Shown here piece after piece: positions 8,509 through 17,282 of a DNA stretch of 57,799 nucleotides. The notes below the pieces were generated by a model. It had not been told where the DNA came from. It searched no databases and saw only the letters and a program-made list of their open reading frames with translations. Position numbers and translations under genes: made by a program. The stretch is from assembly GCA_049651825.1 (NCBI GenBank), contig JBASCV010000259.1, forward strand, positions 1 to 57,799, given 5' to 3'. Position 1 is the stretch's first letter; every line of letters starts with the position of its first letter. The DNA is from Bacteroidia bacterium. Lineage in GTDB: Bacteria > Bacteroidota > Bacteroidia > 2-12-FULL-35-15.

Positions 8509-9432
8509 ATGACAAATAATACCATTGTTCAATTTACAGAACTCGTTGATTTTTTTCGTGAACGAAAACAAATCAATAATTCTACATTAGAACGGTTTGA
8601 TAAGGTCATATTTGAATTTAAAAGACTTAAATCAGGTTTGAAATGTGATTCTAAAAACAGCCCTGAAACGCTAAGTTCATTCATTAAGTTGATAGACGAT
8701 TATAAATTACTTGTTGAAAATGTATACCCCAAAAGATTAGAAGAAACAGAAAAACTATTGGATGAAAACTTGAATAAAATTGCTTTTTCAGCGTTAGAGT
8801 TAATGGACTATGATTATAGAGAAAATTCTCATTCAAATATTTTAAGGTATTTGTTTCATCATAAGTTGTGGAGCTCAGGAAGTGATGTGTTGTCAAGATT
8901 TATTGAAAAGGTAACAAGCGATATAGAACTTTCACAAAGTATACTAGATTCTAATTATGAAATTTATAGAGAGTTTTATACAAAAAATGGAAGAATAGAT
9001 TTGTTAATAGAAGATCACAAAAACAAATTTATTATCGTGATTGAAAATAAAATTTTGTCAAATGTTGCGATTAAAGAGTATTCGGAAGATAGAAGGGTGT
9101 TGGTAACTCAGTTGGATAATTATAGAAATTATGTTCAAGAAAACTATTCTAATTATAAAACTTGTTTTATATTATTGAGCCTTAATGAAGAAGAGGGTGT
9201 AGAAACCAAGCCGTTTATTAAAACAAATTATAAACTGGTATTGGAAATATTAGACATGCTGGAAACATCTAATAATATTGTTGTAGATTATAAAACACTT
9301 TTAAACTCCATCATTTATGATCAATATGGTAGATACGGAAAAGAATGGTTACTAGAGCTTCACAATAAAATAAAAAACAAAAAAAGAATTTCTCTCAATA
9401 CGCTTGAAATTGCTAACAAATACTTTCAATAA
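8509..9432 (+). CDS. PD-(D/E)XK nuclease family protein (PDDEXK_4-like) with an N-terminal extension of about 100 aa
   Basis: E-NSHSNILRYLF, then GRIDLLIEDHKNKFIIVIENKILS (D...E-x-K), then QLDNYRNY. This order is typical of the PDDEXK_4 family. Confidence 0.7.
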   Translation: MTNNTIVQFTELVDFFRERKQINNSTLERFDKVIFEFKRLKSGLKCDSKNSPETLSSFIKLIDDYKLLVENVYPKRLEETEKLLDENLNKIAFSALELMDYDYRENSHSNILRYLFHHKLWSSGSDVLSRFIEKVTSDIELSQSILDSNYEIYREFYTKNGRIDLLIEDHKNKFIIVIENKILSNVAIKEYSEDRRVLVTQLDNYRNYVQENYSNYKTCFILLSLNEEEGVETKPFIKTNYKLVLEILDMLETSNNIVVDYKTLLNSIIYDQYGRYGKEWLLELHNKIKNKKRISLNTLEIANKYFQ

Positions 9433-9434
9433 CT

Positions 9435-10079
9435 ATGAAAAATAAAAAAATAGTTCAGTTTGACGAATTAGACCTAAAATGTTTGAACGAAATGCCATTA
9501 ATTATAAATGTAATGTCTACTACGGGAAACAAGGTAGCCAAACTTTTGTCGTCTTTTTACGTAGACATGAACGAATTTTTAAAAGATACTTTAAATACAA
9601 ATTCTAATTTAGAAATTGGTATTAAGTCTTATGAATTTTTGGTTTTACCGTTCATCTCACAAGATATTTTGAAAAAAATCAAAATCGAATCTTTTGATTC
9701 TGTTTTTCAGATTGAAAGTGGAATTCATTTAATTAAAAAATCACAAGATGGATTGACAAAAGAATTTTGGTTGCGCTTTGGTTATTTTTGTTGTGTACCG
9801 GAAGAGGACGAAGATGTAGATAATTATTTTTATTTTTCTATTGAAAATGAAAATAGCCAAGAGAAAATTGGTGGTATTATTAACGATTTGTTTTTTTATG
9901 AGAAAATTAAAAATAAATTGAACGATTATACTGTTGTTGTTCTACATCCTGAAAAGGAAAAAGATAGTATTGAGCAGATATATTTGCAAATCGAAGATTT
10001 TTCCATTAAAAAAATTCAAGATAGTTATTGTGTTTTTAAAGAGTCAATTTTAACTCCATTCCTTGAAAAACTAGAATAA
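9435..10079 (+). CDS. hypothetical protein, no recognisable family
   Basis: A 214-aa uninterrupted ORF in very AT-rich DNA, starting 2 nt after the stop of the nuclease gene, which suggests translational coupling. Confidence 0.6.
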   Translation: MKNKKIVQFDELDLKCLNEMPLIINVMSTTGNKVAKLLSSFYVDMNEFLKDTLNTNSNLEIGIKSYEFLVLPFISQDILKKIKIESFDSVFQIESGIHLIKKSQDGLTKEFWLRFGYFCCVPEEDEDVDNYFYFSIENENSQEKIGGIINDLFFYEKIKNKLNDYTVVVLHPEKEKDSIEQIYLQIEDFSIKKIQDSYCVFKESILTPFLEKLE

Positions 10080-10100
10080 TTAAAATTTTAGCGTAAGGTA

Positions 10101-10877
10101 ATGAAATCAGAATTAATTACGTTTGATAATATAAGTGGCTTGTTTTGGTATGCACAAGAACAGGAAGACGGTAGCGATTCTCCCATGTCTTTAAAAGAGT
10201 TTAAGGATTCTATTTGGAGAGATGCCCCCTTTGCAAGATTATCGCAAGCGGCTCCTCTTTCATATAACAATGCTTTTGAAGACCAATTAACACTTGATTG
10301 TGTTCAAATTGAAAATGAAGAAGAGTCAACTTTAAAGTTGATTTTTAAAGAAGATGGAACGATAGAGGGGCGTAATGAATTTCCTTTATATGAAGGCGAT
10401 ATAGTTGAATATTTTAGAGGAGATTATAGAATTACATCTTCAAAGATTTTTATTTGGGGGGTATTAACTGATGATATTGAGTTTGAAAATAATTTACAGT
10501 CAATATATATTGAACTTAAACAGCTTGTCAATAATGATGAAGGAGATTATAATGAAGAAGATGCCATAGAGTTTATTCGAGAAAATATTTCTTACGAGTT
10601 GGATGATAGATTAACGGATAACGAAATTCTAATGCTTGTTAACTGGGCGGAAGATTATATTGACATGGAATTTGAAAAAAACAAAAAAAGAAAACCATTC
10701 GTAGCTTTTGAGCTTAGAACAATAGATCAAAATGAAATAAATAAATATGTTTTAGAAAGAGCAACTGAAAATAATATCAAAATTAATATTGATGAACTAT
10801 ACGATTTGTTATATGCAGAGTTGATGTATCGTAAAGATATTGGATTCGTTGGCGAAGATGATATTGTTAATAACTAG
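10101..10877 (+). CDS. hypothetical, strongly acidic protein, no recognisable family
   Basis: A 258-aa ORF starting 21 nt after the preceding stop. My hand count gives about 60 Asp+Glu against about 25 Lys+Arg. Confidence 0.6.
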   Translation: MKSELITFDNISGLFWYAQEQEDGSDSPMSLKEFKDSIWRDAPFARLSQAAPLSYNNAFEDQLTLDCVQIENEEESTLKLIFKEDGTIEGRNEFPLYEGDIVEYFRGDYRITSSKIFIWGVLTDDIEFENNLQSIYIELKQLVNNDEGDYNEEDAIEFIRENISYELDDRLTDNEILMLVNWAEDYIDMEFEKNKKRKPFVAFELRTIDQNEINKYVLERATENNIKINIDELYDLLYAELMYRKDIGFVGEDDIVNN

Positions 10878-10916
10878 ATGGTTTATTTGTAAACATTAAC
10901 CTTTTTTACATTGATA

Positions 10917-11321
10917 ATGGCTCCTGACATCAAAGAATACAACACCAACCAAACAGCAATCGACAAAAAAATTTGCGATGCTCTATCAAAAATTATTGAA
11001 AGCGAACTTGCTGAAGCAGAAGCTAAGGTATGGCACGCACATCCCGTTTGGTTTATAAATGGCAATCCCATTGTTGGATATAGCAAACAAAAACAAGGAA
11101 TACGTTTAATGTTTTGGAGTGGTGCATCTTTCGATGAAGACAAATTAAATGTACAAGGAAAAAAATTCAAGGATGCATCTCTGTTTTATACAGATGCTAA
11201 AGAAATTAATAGTGTGGATTTGATTCGCTGGCTCAAAAAAGCAAGAGAAATTCAGTGGGACTATAAAAATATAATTAAAAGGAAAGGGCGCTTAGAGCTT
11301 TTGAGTGAGAGTAATAAATAG
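10917..11321 (+). CDS. DUF1801 (YdhG-like) domain protein
   Basis: VWHAHPVWFINGNPIVGYSKQKQGIRLMFWSG and the overall size are typical of DUF1801. ATG at 10917; the track uses the TTG at 10911. Confidence 0.65.
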   Translation: MAPDIKEYNTNQTAIDKKICDALSKIIESELAEAEAKVWHAHPVWFINGNPIVGYSKQKQGIRLMFWSGASFDEDKLNVQGKKFKDASLFYTDAKEINSVDLIRWLKKAREIQWDYKNIIKRKGRLELLSESNK

Positions 11322-11360
11322 AAAACGATAGTCTTTTTAATTCATTAACGTTTGATAAAA

Positions 11361-12011
11361 ATGACGAATAACTTAAATGATATTTATCTAAAGCCCGCAC
11401 AATTTGTAAACAGCGATTCTCAGCAAGTAATATCCTTCGCAGAAAATGCGCTTGGCAATGCGACAGCTCCAATCGAAATGGCTGTAAAGCTCTATTATGC
11501 GGTGCGTGATGGTTTTAATTACGATCCTTATACGATTAATTTAAGTGAAGAGGCAATGAAAGCAAGCAATTTACTTGGTAGAAATTATGGATATTGTGTG
11601 GAAAAGGCTTGTTTGTTAGCAGCTGTAGCTCGTGTAGTTGGTATTCCAAGCAGATTGGGTTATGCCAAAGTTAAAAATCATATTGCTACCGAAAAATTAG
11701 AAGAACGATTAAAAACCAATGTGTTGGTGTTTCACGGCTACACCGAACTATTTTTGGAGGGCAAATGGGTAAAGGCAACACCTGCGTTTAATAAATCACT
11801 TTGTGAAAAATTAAATGTTGATTCGTTGGAATTTAATGGGAGGGAAGACTCTGTTTTTCAGTCGTATAACCAAAGTGGAGGCCAGTTTATGGAATATTTA
11901 CACGATTATGGAACGTTTCACGATGTTCCACGAGATTTATTCATTAGTGAGTTAAAAACGCATTACCCACACCTTTTTGAGAACACAAATTTGCCTGATT
12001 TGTCTATCTAA
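11361..12011 (+). CDS. transglutaminase-like cysteine peptidase superfamily protein
   Basis: GYCVEKACLLAAVARVVGIPSR (catalytic Cys context) followed by FHGYTELFLEGKWVKATP (His) is typical of the transglutaminase core. ATG at 11361; the track uses the TTG at 11352. Confidence 0.7.
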   Translation: MTNNLNDIYLKPAQFVNSDSQQVISFAENALGNATAPIEMAVKLYYAVRDGFNYDPYTINLSEEAMKASNLLGRNYGYCVEKACLLAAVARVVGIPSRLGYAKVKNHIATEKLEERLKTNVLVFHGYTELFLEGKWVKATPAFNKSLCEKLNVDSLEFNGREDSVFQSYNQSGGQFMEYLHDYGTFHDVPRDLFISELKTHYPHLFENTNLPDLSI

Positions 12012-12064
12012 ATATTAGTTATCTTTGCCGGCATCTAAAAAAAGAAGTTTATTTAATAAATAAC

Positions 12065-13951
12065 ATGGATAAAAATTCGATTATCGGTTTAGTAGCAATT
12101 GCAGGTATTTTAATTGGTTGGATGATACTTACCAAGCCATCAGCAGAAGAAATTGCTAAACAACAACACATTCGCGATTCTATAGCACAAGTAGAACAGT
12201 TAGCTGCCAAAGCAAAAGCTGATGCTGCTGTAACACCAACATCTACAGCTACTATTGATACTTCACTTGTTTCGGCCGTAGTAAGTGATTCTGTAAAATC
12301 CTTGTTGTTAAAACAAACCTACGGTGCTTTTGCCGATGCTGCTGTTGGCGAAAATAAAACCATTGTTATTGAAAATGATTTGTTAAAGGCAACTGTGTTT
12401 ACAAAAGGCGGTAGAATAGCATCTGTTGAGCTAAAAAATTATAAAACACATACAGGTAAACCGTTAATTTTATTTAACCCTGATTCCTCTTCTCAAAATA
12501 TACAATTTACAGCCTATTCAAAATTATTTAGTACTGATTCTCTGTATTTTATTCCTGAAGGAGATACCGATTTTGTAGTTACTGGTAAAGATTCAAAAAG
12601 CATTACCTTGCGCTTATATGCTGGCAACAAGGCTAAATACATTGAGTACGTTTATAGTTTAACTGGCGATGATTACATGGTGGGTTTCCGCGTTAGTGTG
12701 GTTGGACTTCAAGATGTAATAGCTGCTAATAATAGTAGCTTAAAGCTAAATTGGAGCATGAGAACGCCTACACAAGAGCAAAATATACAAACACAGCAAG
12801 CAGCATCTACCATTTTTTATAAATCGCCAGAAGAAAGTGTAGATAAAATAAGTGAAACCGATGAAGAAAAATTAGTACTTGAAAACCCTGTAAAATGGAT
12901 TGGTTTTAAACAACAGTTTTTTACTACTGCAATTGTTGCAGATAATGAATTTGAAAAAGCGTCAGAAATTGAAACCAAAACAGTACAAGGCTCTAAAGAT
13001 TATGTAAAACAATATGCCGCTTCATTGTCAATGCCATATAAGCATGCTTCGGCAGAAACTTATGGTATGCGCATTTACTTTGGACCAAATCACTTCAAAA
13101 CATTAAAAAAATATGATTTAGAGCTTGAACGCCAAATTAGTTTAGGTTGGAAAATATTTGGTTGGATAAATCGCTTTTTAACCATTCCTATTTTTAACTT
13201 TTTGAATGGTTTTAGTTTAAACTACGGAATGATTATTCTTATTTTAACCATTATTTTAAAACTATTGTTGTTGCCAATTGCTTATAAAACAGTGTTGTCG
13301 TCAGCAAAAATGCGTGTTTTGAAGCCCGAAATAGATGAGCTAAACGAAAAATTCAAAGATCAAGACCCTATTAAAAAGCAACAAGCCACTATGACGCTTT
13401 ACAAACAAGCAGGTGTAAATCCAATGGCGGGTTGTATTCCGGTATTACTTCAAATGCCTATTTTAATTGCCTTGTTTAGCTTTTTCCCCGCATCTATCGA
13501 GTTGCGCCAGCAATCCTTTTTATGGGCGCACGATTTATCAACTTATGATTCTGTTTATAATTTTGGTTTTTCTGTGCCTTGGTATGGCGATCACGTAAGT
13601 TTGTTTGCCCTGTTAATGACGGCTTCTACCTTGTTGTACACATGGAGCAACAGTCAATTGATGGGTTCGTCTAACCAAATGCCAGGCATGAAATGGATGA
13701 TGTATTTAATGCCAATTTTGTTTTTAGGATTCTTAAATAATTATTCCGCAGGCTTGAGTTGGTATTATTTCTTGGCAAACATGATTACGTTTGGACAAAC
13801 ATGGGTTATGCAAAAATTTGTAATTGATTCGGATGCATTGCATGCGCAAATTCAAGAAAACAAAAAGAAACCTGTGCCCGTATCTAAGTTTCAACAGCGT
13901 TTGGAGCAAATGGTGAAAGAGCGTCAACAAGGAACTCAAAATAAAAAATAG
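12065..13951 (+). CDS. yidC: membrane protein insertase YidC
   Basis: 628 aa. It has an N-terminal TM segment, a large periplasmic domain and a C-terminal insertase core (MAGCIPVLLQMPILIALF, LSWYYFLANMITFGQ). Confidence 0.9.
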   Translation: MDKNSIIGLVAIAGILIGWMILTKPSAEEIAKQQHIRDSIAQVEQLAAKAKADAAVTPTSTATIDTSLVSAVVSDSVKSLLLKQTYGAFADAAVGENKTIVIENDLLKATVFTKGGRIASVELKNYKTHTGKPLILFNPDSSSQNIQFTAYSKLFSTDSLYFIPEGDTDFVVTGKDSKSITLRLYAGNKAKYIEYVYSLTGDDYMVGFRVSVVGLQDVIAANNSSLKLNWSMRTPTQEQNIQTQQAASTIFYKSPEESVDKISETDEEKLVLENPVKWIGFKQQFFTTAIVADNEFEKASEIETKTVQGSKDYVKQYAASLSMPYKHASAETYGMRIYFGPNHFKTLKKYDLELERQISLGWKIFGWINRFLTIPIFNFLNGFSLNYGMIILILTIILKLLLLPIAYKTVLSSAKMRVLKPEIDELNEKFKDQDPIKKQQATMTLYKQAGVNPMAGCIPVLLQMPILIALFSFFPASIELRQQSFLWAHDLSTYDSVYNFGFSVPWYGDHVSLFALLMTASTLLYTWSNSQLMGSSNQMPGMKWMMYLMPILFLGFLNNYSAGLSWYYFLANMITFGQTWVMQKFVIDSDALHAQIQENKKKPVPVSKFQQRLEQMVKERQQGTQNKK

Positions 13952-13969
13952 AAGTTCGTTTCGTAAGTC

Positions 13970-13991
13970 ATCCCGAGCATAGCCGAGGGAT
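13970..13991 (+). terminator. GC-rich REP-like hairpin after yidC (probable terminator)
   Basis: atccc (13970-13974) pairs with gggat (13987-13991) around a GC-rich loop (gagcatagccga), followed by cttttg. The sequence gtcatcccgagcatagccgagggatc resembles the short GC-rich intergenic repeats common in Bacteroidota. Confidence 0.45.
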
Positions 13992-14053
13992 CTTTTGATT
14001 CACAAAACGATATTTTTATTGTAAATCATTGATTAATCTATAATAAAAATCAC

Positions 14054-14713
14054 ATGAAATTTCACAAAGAAGGTATTCCATCATTACTCATCACACTTGT
14101 TGTAATTGCAATTATCAATGGCTTAACTTATAGTTTTTGTTGTAATTATCCCATTGTGTTGTGGTTGGGTTACGCATTATCAGCATTTTTATTAATTACT
14201 ATTCTTCAGTTTTTTCGTAGCCCCAGCCGAACACTTGTGATTAACGATAACCAAATTATTGCACCTGCAGACGGAAAAGTAGTGGTGATTGAAGAAGTGG
14301 TTGAAACAGAATATTTTAATCAAAAACGTTTACAGATTTCTATTTTCATGTCGACTATCAATGTGCATGTAAATCGTTATCCAATAAGTGGCGTTGTAAA
14401 ATACTCTAAATATCACCCAGGTTTATTTTTGGTGGCTTGGCACCCAAAATCGTCAACGGATAATGAGCGTACCACTATTGTTGTAGAGCATAAAAATGGT
14501 CAAGAAGTGCTGTTTCGTCAAATTGCAGGCGCTTTGGCTAGGCGTATAGTCAACTACTCCAAACAAGGGGATAAAGCAATACAGGGCGAAGAATTTGGCT
14601 TTATTAAGTTTGGCTCTCGTGTTGATTTGTTTTTGCCAACAAATGTTAAAGTAAATGTTGCTTTAGAGCAGAAAGTGCTTGGAAAACAAACAGTTATAGC
14701 AACTTTTGAATAG
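14054..14713 (+). CDS. psd: phosphatidylserine decarboxylase proenzyme (short form)
   Basis: 219 aa with N-terminal TM segments and a C-terminal FIKFGSRVDLFLP containing the G-S self-cleavage motif. Confidence 0.85.
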   Translation: MKFHKEGIPSLLITLVVIAIINGLTYSFCCNYPIVLWLGYALSAFLLITILQFFRSPSRTLVINDNQIIAPADGKVVVIEEVVETEYFNQKRLQISIFMSTINVHVNRYPISGVVKYSKYHPGLFLVAWHPKSSTDNERTTIVVEHKNGQEVLFRQIAGALARRIVNYSKQGDKAIQGEEFGFIKFGSRVDLFLPTNVKVNVALEQKVLGKQTVIATFE

Positions 14714-14815
14714 TTCAAATCCTGATTTTTGTCATAAACACAAGGTAAAATCAAATATTTTTAGTATTTTTGGCGTTATAATCAATGAATTAACCATTAA
14801 AAACATAAAATCAAC

Positions 14816-15118
14816 ATGAAAAAATTATTTTTATTAATCGCATTTTCTGGTATTGTTGCAGCTTCTTCAGCACTTACTGTTTCTTCTTTAACTAAAGCTG
14901 CTACCGTTACCATTGGTGGAGAAGAGAAAAAAGAAGAGAAAAAGAAATGTGATAAAGACAAAGCTTGCTGCAAAAAAGGTGGCGAGTCGGCAAAAGCTTG
15001 TTCTGGCGAAAAAACTGAAGCGAAAGCGTGTTCTGGAGCAGGAGCAACTAAAGCTTGTTGCAAAGGTAAAGCAGCAGCTTCTAAATCAGAAACAACTGCA
15101 ACGCCTGAAGCAAAATAG
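14816..15118 (+). CDS. small secreted Lys/Cys-rich protein with four KAC(C/S) repeats
   Basis: 100 aa with a signal peptide (MKKLFLLIAFSGIVAASSA). The mature part contains 7 Cys in DKACCKKG, AKACSGEK, AKACSGAG and TKACCKGK. A strong terminator follows immediately. Confidence 0.6.
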   Translation: MKKLFLLIAFSGIVAASSALTVSSLTKAATVTIGGEEKKEEKKKCDKDKACCKKGGESAKACSGEKTEAKACSGAGATKACCKGKAAASKSETTATPEAK

Positions 15119-15135
15119 TTGTATAACTCTTTGTA

Positions 15136-15171
15136 AAAAATCCCCTTTGGTAATTTCCAAAGGGGATTTTT
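15136..15171 (+). terminator. rho-independent terminator
   Basis: A perfect 15-bp stem, aaaaatcccctttgg / ccaaaggggattttt, with a 6-nt loop, followed by a T-run. Confidence 0.85.
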
Positions 15172-15255
15172 ATTTTTAAGAACTGTTGAAAAACCATTTT
15201 CTTATAATATTATTCTTTTCCTTTCTTTTTTAATAAAACAAATACTTTTTACTCG

Positions 15256-15263
15256 TATTTTTG
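15256..15263 (+). promoter_or_regulatory. candidate Bacteroidota -7 promoter box upstream of kup
   Basis: TATTTTTG matches TAnnTTTG and lies 63 nt upstream of the kup ATG. I found no clear -33 element. Confidence 0.3.
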
Positions 15264-15325
15264 TTGCCCTTAATACAAAGCTGATTTCAACAAGTCACAT
15301 AAAATGACTTTAATTAACACCCACC

Positions 15326-17266
15326 ATGTCATCATCACACAACCTTAAAAAGGTTACCGCTGCAGGAGCCTTAATTACTCTTGGAATTATTTTTGGAGAT
15401 ATTGGAACTTCTCCTTTGTATGTTTTAAAGGCTATTGTTGGCGAAAACAATCTAATACAAAGCGATACCATTTTAGGAGCATTGTCGTGTATTTTTTGGA
15501 CACTAACTTTACAAACAACAGTAAAATATGTTATTCTCACCTTGCGTGCTGATAACAAAGGCGAAGGCGGAATATTTGCATTGTATGCATTGGTGAAAAA
15601 AACAAAAATAAAGTGGTTGATGTACCCTGCGGTAATTGGTGGAAGCACATTGTTGGCCGATGGAATAATTACACCTCCTATTTCAGTTGCATCTGCTATT
15701 GAAGGTTTGCGAGTTGTTAATCCAGAAATTCAAACCATTCCAATTGTGATAGCAATACTTGTTGCCTTGTTTACAATTCAGCAATTTGGAACAAAATTTA
15801 TTGGAAAGTTTTTTGGACCAGCTATGCTTGTCTGGTTTTTAATGTTAAGTGTGTTGGGTGCAACTCAAATATTTACGGATTTTAGTGTTTTAAGCGCTAT
15901 TAATCCATACTACGCTTACAAGCTTTTGTTTGGTCATCCTGAAGGTTTTCTTGTGCTTGGTGCAGTATTCTTGTGTACTACTGGTGCCGAAGCATTGTAT
16001 TCCGATTTAGGTCATTGTGGAAAACAAAATATTCATGTTTCATGGATGTTTGTAAAAACAGCTTTACTGTTAAACTATTTTGGTCAGGGTGCGTGGCTTA
16101 TTTCTCAAGAAGGACAAGCACTTACAACCAATCCTTTTTATGGAATGATGCCACAGTGGTTTGTTCCGTTTGGAATTACAATAGCTACCATTGCTGCTGT
16201 TGTGGCTAGTCAGGCTTTAATAAGTGGTTCGTTCACATTAATTAATGAGGCTATTCGATTAAATTTTTGGCCCAAAGTAAAAATAAAATACCCTACTGAT
16301 TTAAAAGGTCAATTGTATATTCCTTCTCTCAATTGGATGCTATTGGCAGGTTGTATTGCAATTGTACTCTATTTTCAAGAGTCGTCAGGTATGGAGGCTG
16401 CTTATGGTTTAGCAATAGTGCTTACCATGTTAATGACTACTACTTTGTTAACGTATTTTATGATTATCAGACGTTATAACAAAATATTGATAGGGTTGTG
16501 TTTATTAACATACATTACAATAGAATCATCATTTTTAATTGCTAATCTTCATAAGTTTGCACATGGTGGTTGGATAACATTATTTATGGCAAGCATTTTA
16601 ATAGGAGTTATGTTGGTGTGGTACAATGCTCGTAAAATTAGAAATCGATACGTTGAATTTGTTCAACTGGCCGAATATTTGCCTGTATTGGAGGATTTGA
16701 GCCGCGATTTAACCGTTTCTAAATATGCCACGCATTTGGTGTTTCTTACTAGCGCAAACGATAGGGAACAGATAGAGTCAAAAATTATCTATTCCATTAC
16801 TCAAAAACAGCCCAAACGTGCTGATATTTATTGGTTTTTGCATGTAGATGTGGTAGATGAGCCATACCGTATGGAATATAAGGTAAGTGAATTCATACAT
16901 GACGATGTAATAAGGGTTGATTTTACATTAGGATTCCGTGTCGCACCTCGTATCAACTTGATGTTTAGAAAAGTTGTTGAAGATATGGTAAACCGTAAAG
17001 AAGTAGATATTCGAAGCCGTTATGCATCATTAAATAAAAATAACATTATTGGCGATTTTAGATTCGTTGTTATCGAAAAATTTGTATCATTTGATAATGA
17101 ATTGCCGTTTTATGAAAAAATAATTTTGGATATATATGCGTTTCTGAAGCATTTAGGGTTATCAGAAGAAAAAGCATTTGGATTAGACACTAGCTCTGTT
17201 ACTGTTGAAAAAATGCCTTTGATAATTGCACCACCAAAGGAGCTTCATTTGAAACGAGTGGAGTAA
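15326..17266 (+). CDS. kup: KUP/HAK/KT family potassium transporter
   Basis: 646 aa with the N-terminal signature GALITLGIIFGDIGTSPLYV, about 12 TM segments and a cytoplasmic C-terminal domain. Confidence 0.9.
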   Translation: MSSSHNLKKVTAAGALITLGIIFGDIGTSPLYVLKAIVGENNLIQSDTILGALSCIFWTLTLQTTVKYVILTLRADNKGEGGIFALYALVKKTKIKWLMYPAVIGGSTLLADGIITPPISVASAIEGLRVVNPEIQTIPIVIAILVALFTIQQFGTKFIGKFFGPAMLVWFLMLSVLGATQIFTDFSVLSAINPYYAYKLLFGHPEGFLVLGAVFLCTTGAEALYSDLGHCGKQNIHVSWMFVKTALLLNYFGQGAWLISQEGQALTTNPFYGMMPQWFVPFGITIATIAAVVASQALISGSFTLINEAIRLNFWPKVKIKYPTDLKGQLYIPSLNWMLLAGCIAIVLYFQESSGMEAAYGLAIVLTMLMTTTLLTYFMIIRRYNKILIGLCLLTYITIESSFLIANLHKFAHGGWITLFMASILIGVMLVWYNARKIRNRYVEFVQLAEYLPVLEDLSRDLTVSKYATHLVFLTSANDREQIESKIIYSITQKQPKRADIYWFLHVDVVDEPYRMEYKVSEFIHDDVIRVDFTLGFRVAPRINLMFRKVVEDMVNRKEVDIRSRYASLNKNNIIGDFRFVVIEKFVSFDNELPFYEKIILDIYAFLKHLGLSEEKAFGLDTSSVTVEKMPLIIAPPKELHLKRVE

Positions 17267-17282
17267 CAATTATAAATCGTTT

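Noticed and set aside
6946-10900. Possible direct repeats flanking the accessory insert (ttattttgtataatt at 6946-6960 versus ttatttgtaaacatt at 10886-10900).
   Set aside because: The match is imperfect and made of AT-rich words that recur by chance in this genome. There is no integrase or recombinase to support an att site.
14797-15179. Two alternative ORFs (14797-15063 minus strand, 14913-15179 plus strand) overlapping the KAC-repeat gene.
   Set aside because: They are by-products of the AAG/GCT-rich low-complexity sequence. Only the 14816-15118 frame has a signal peptide and ends just before the strong terminator. The 14913 frame reads through the terminator hairpin.
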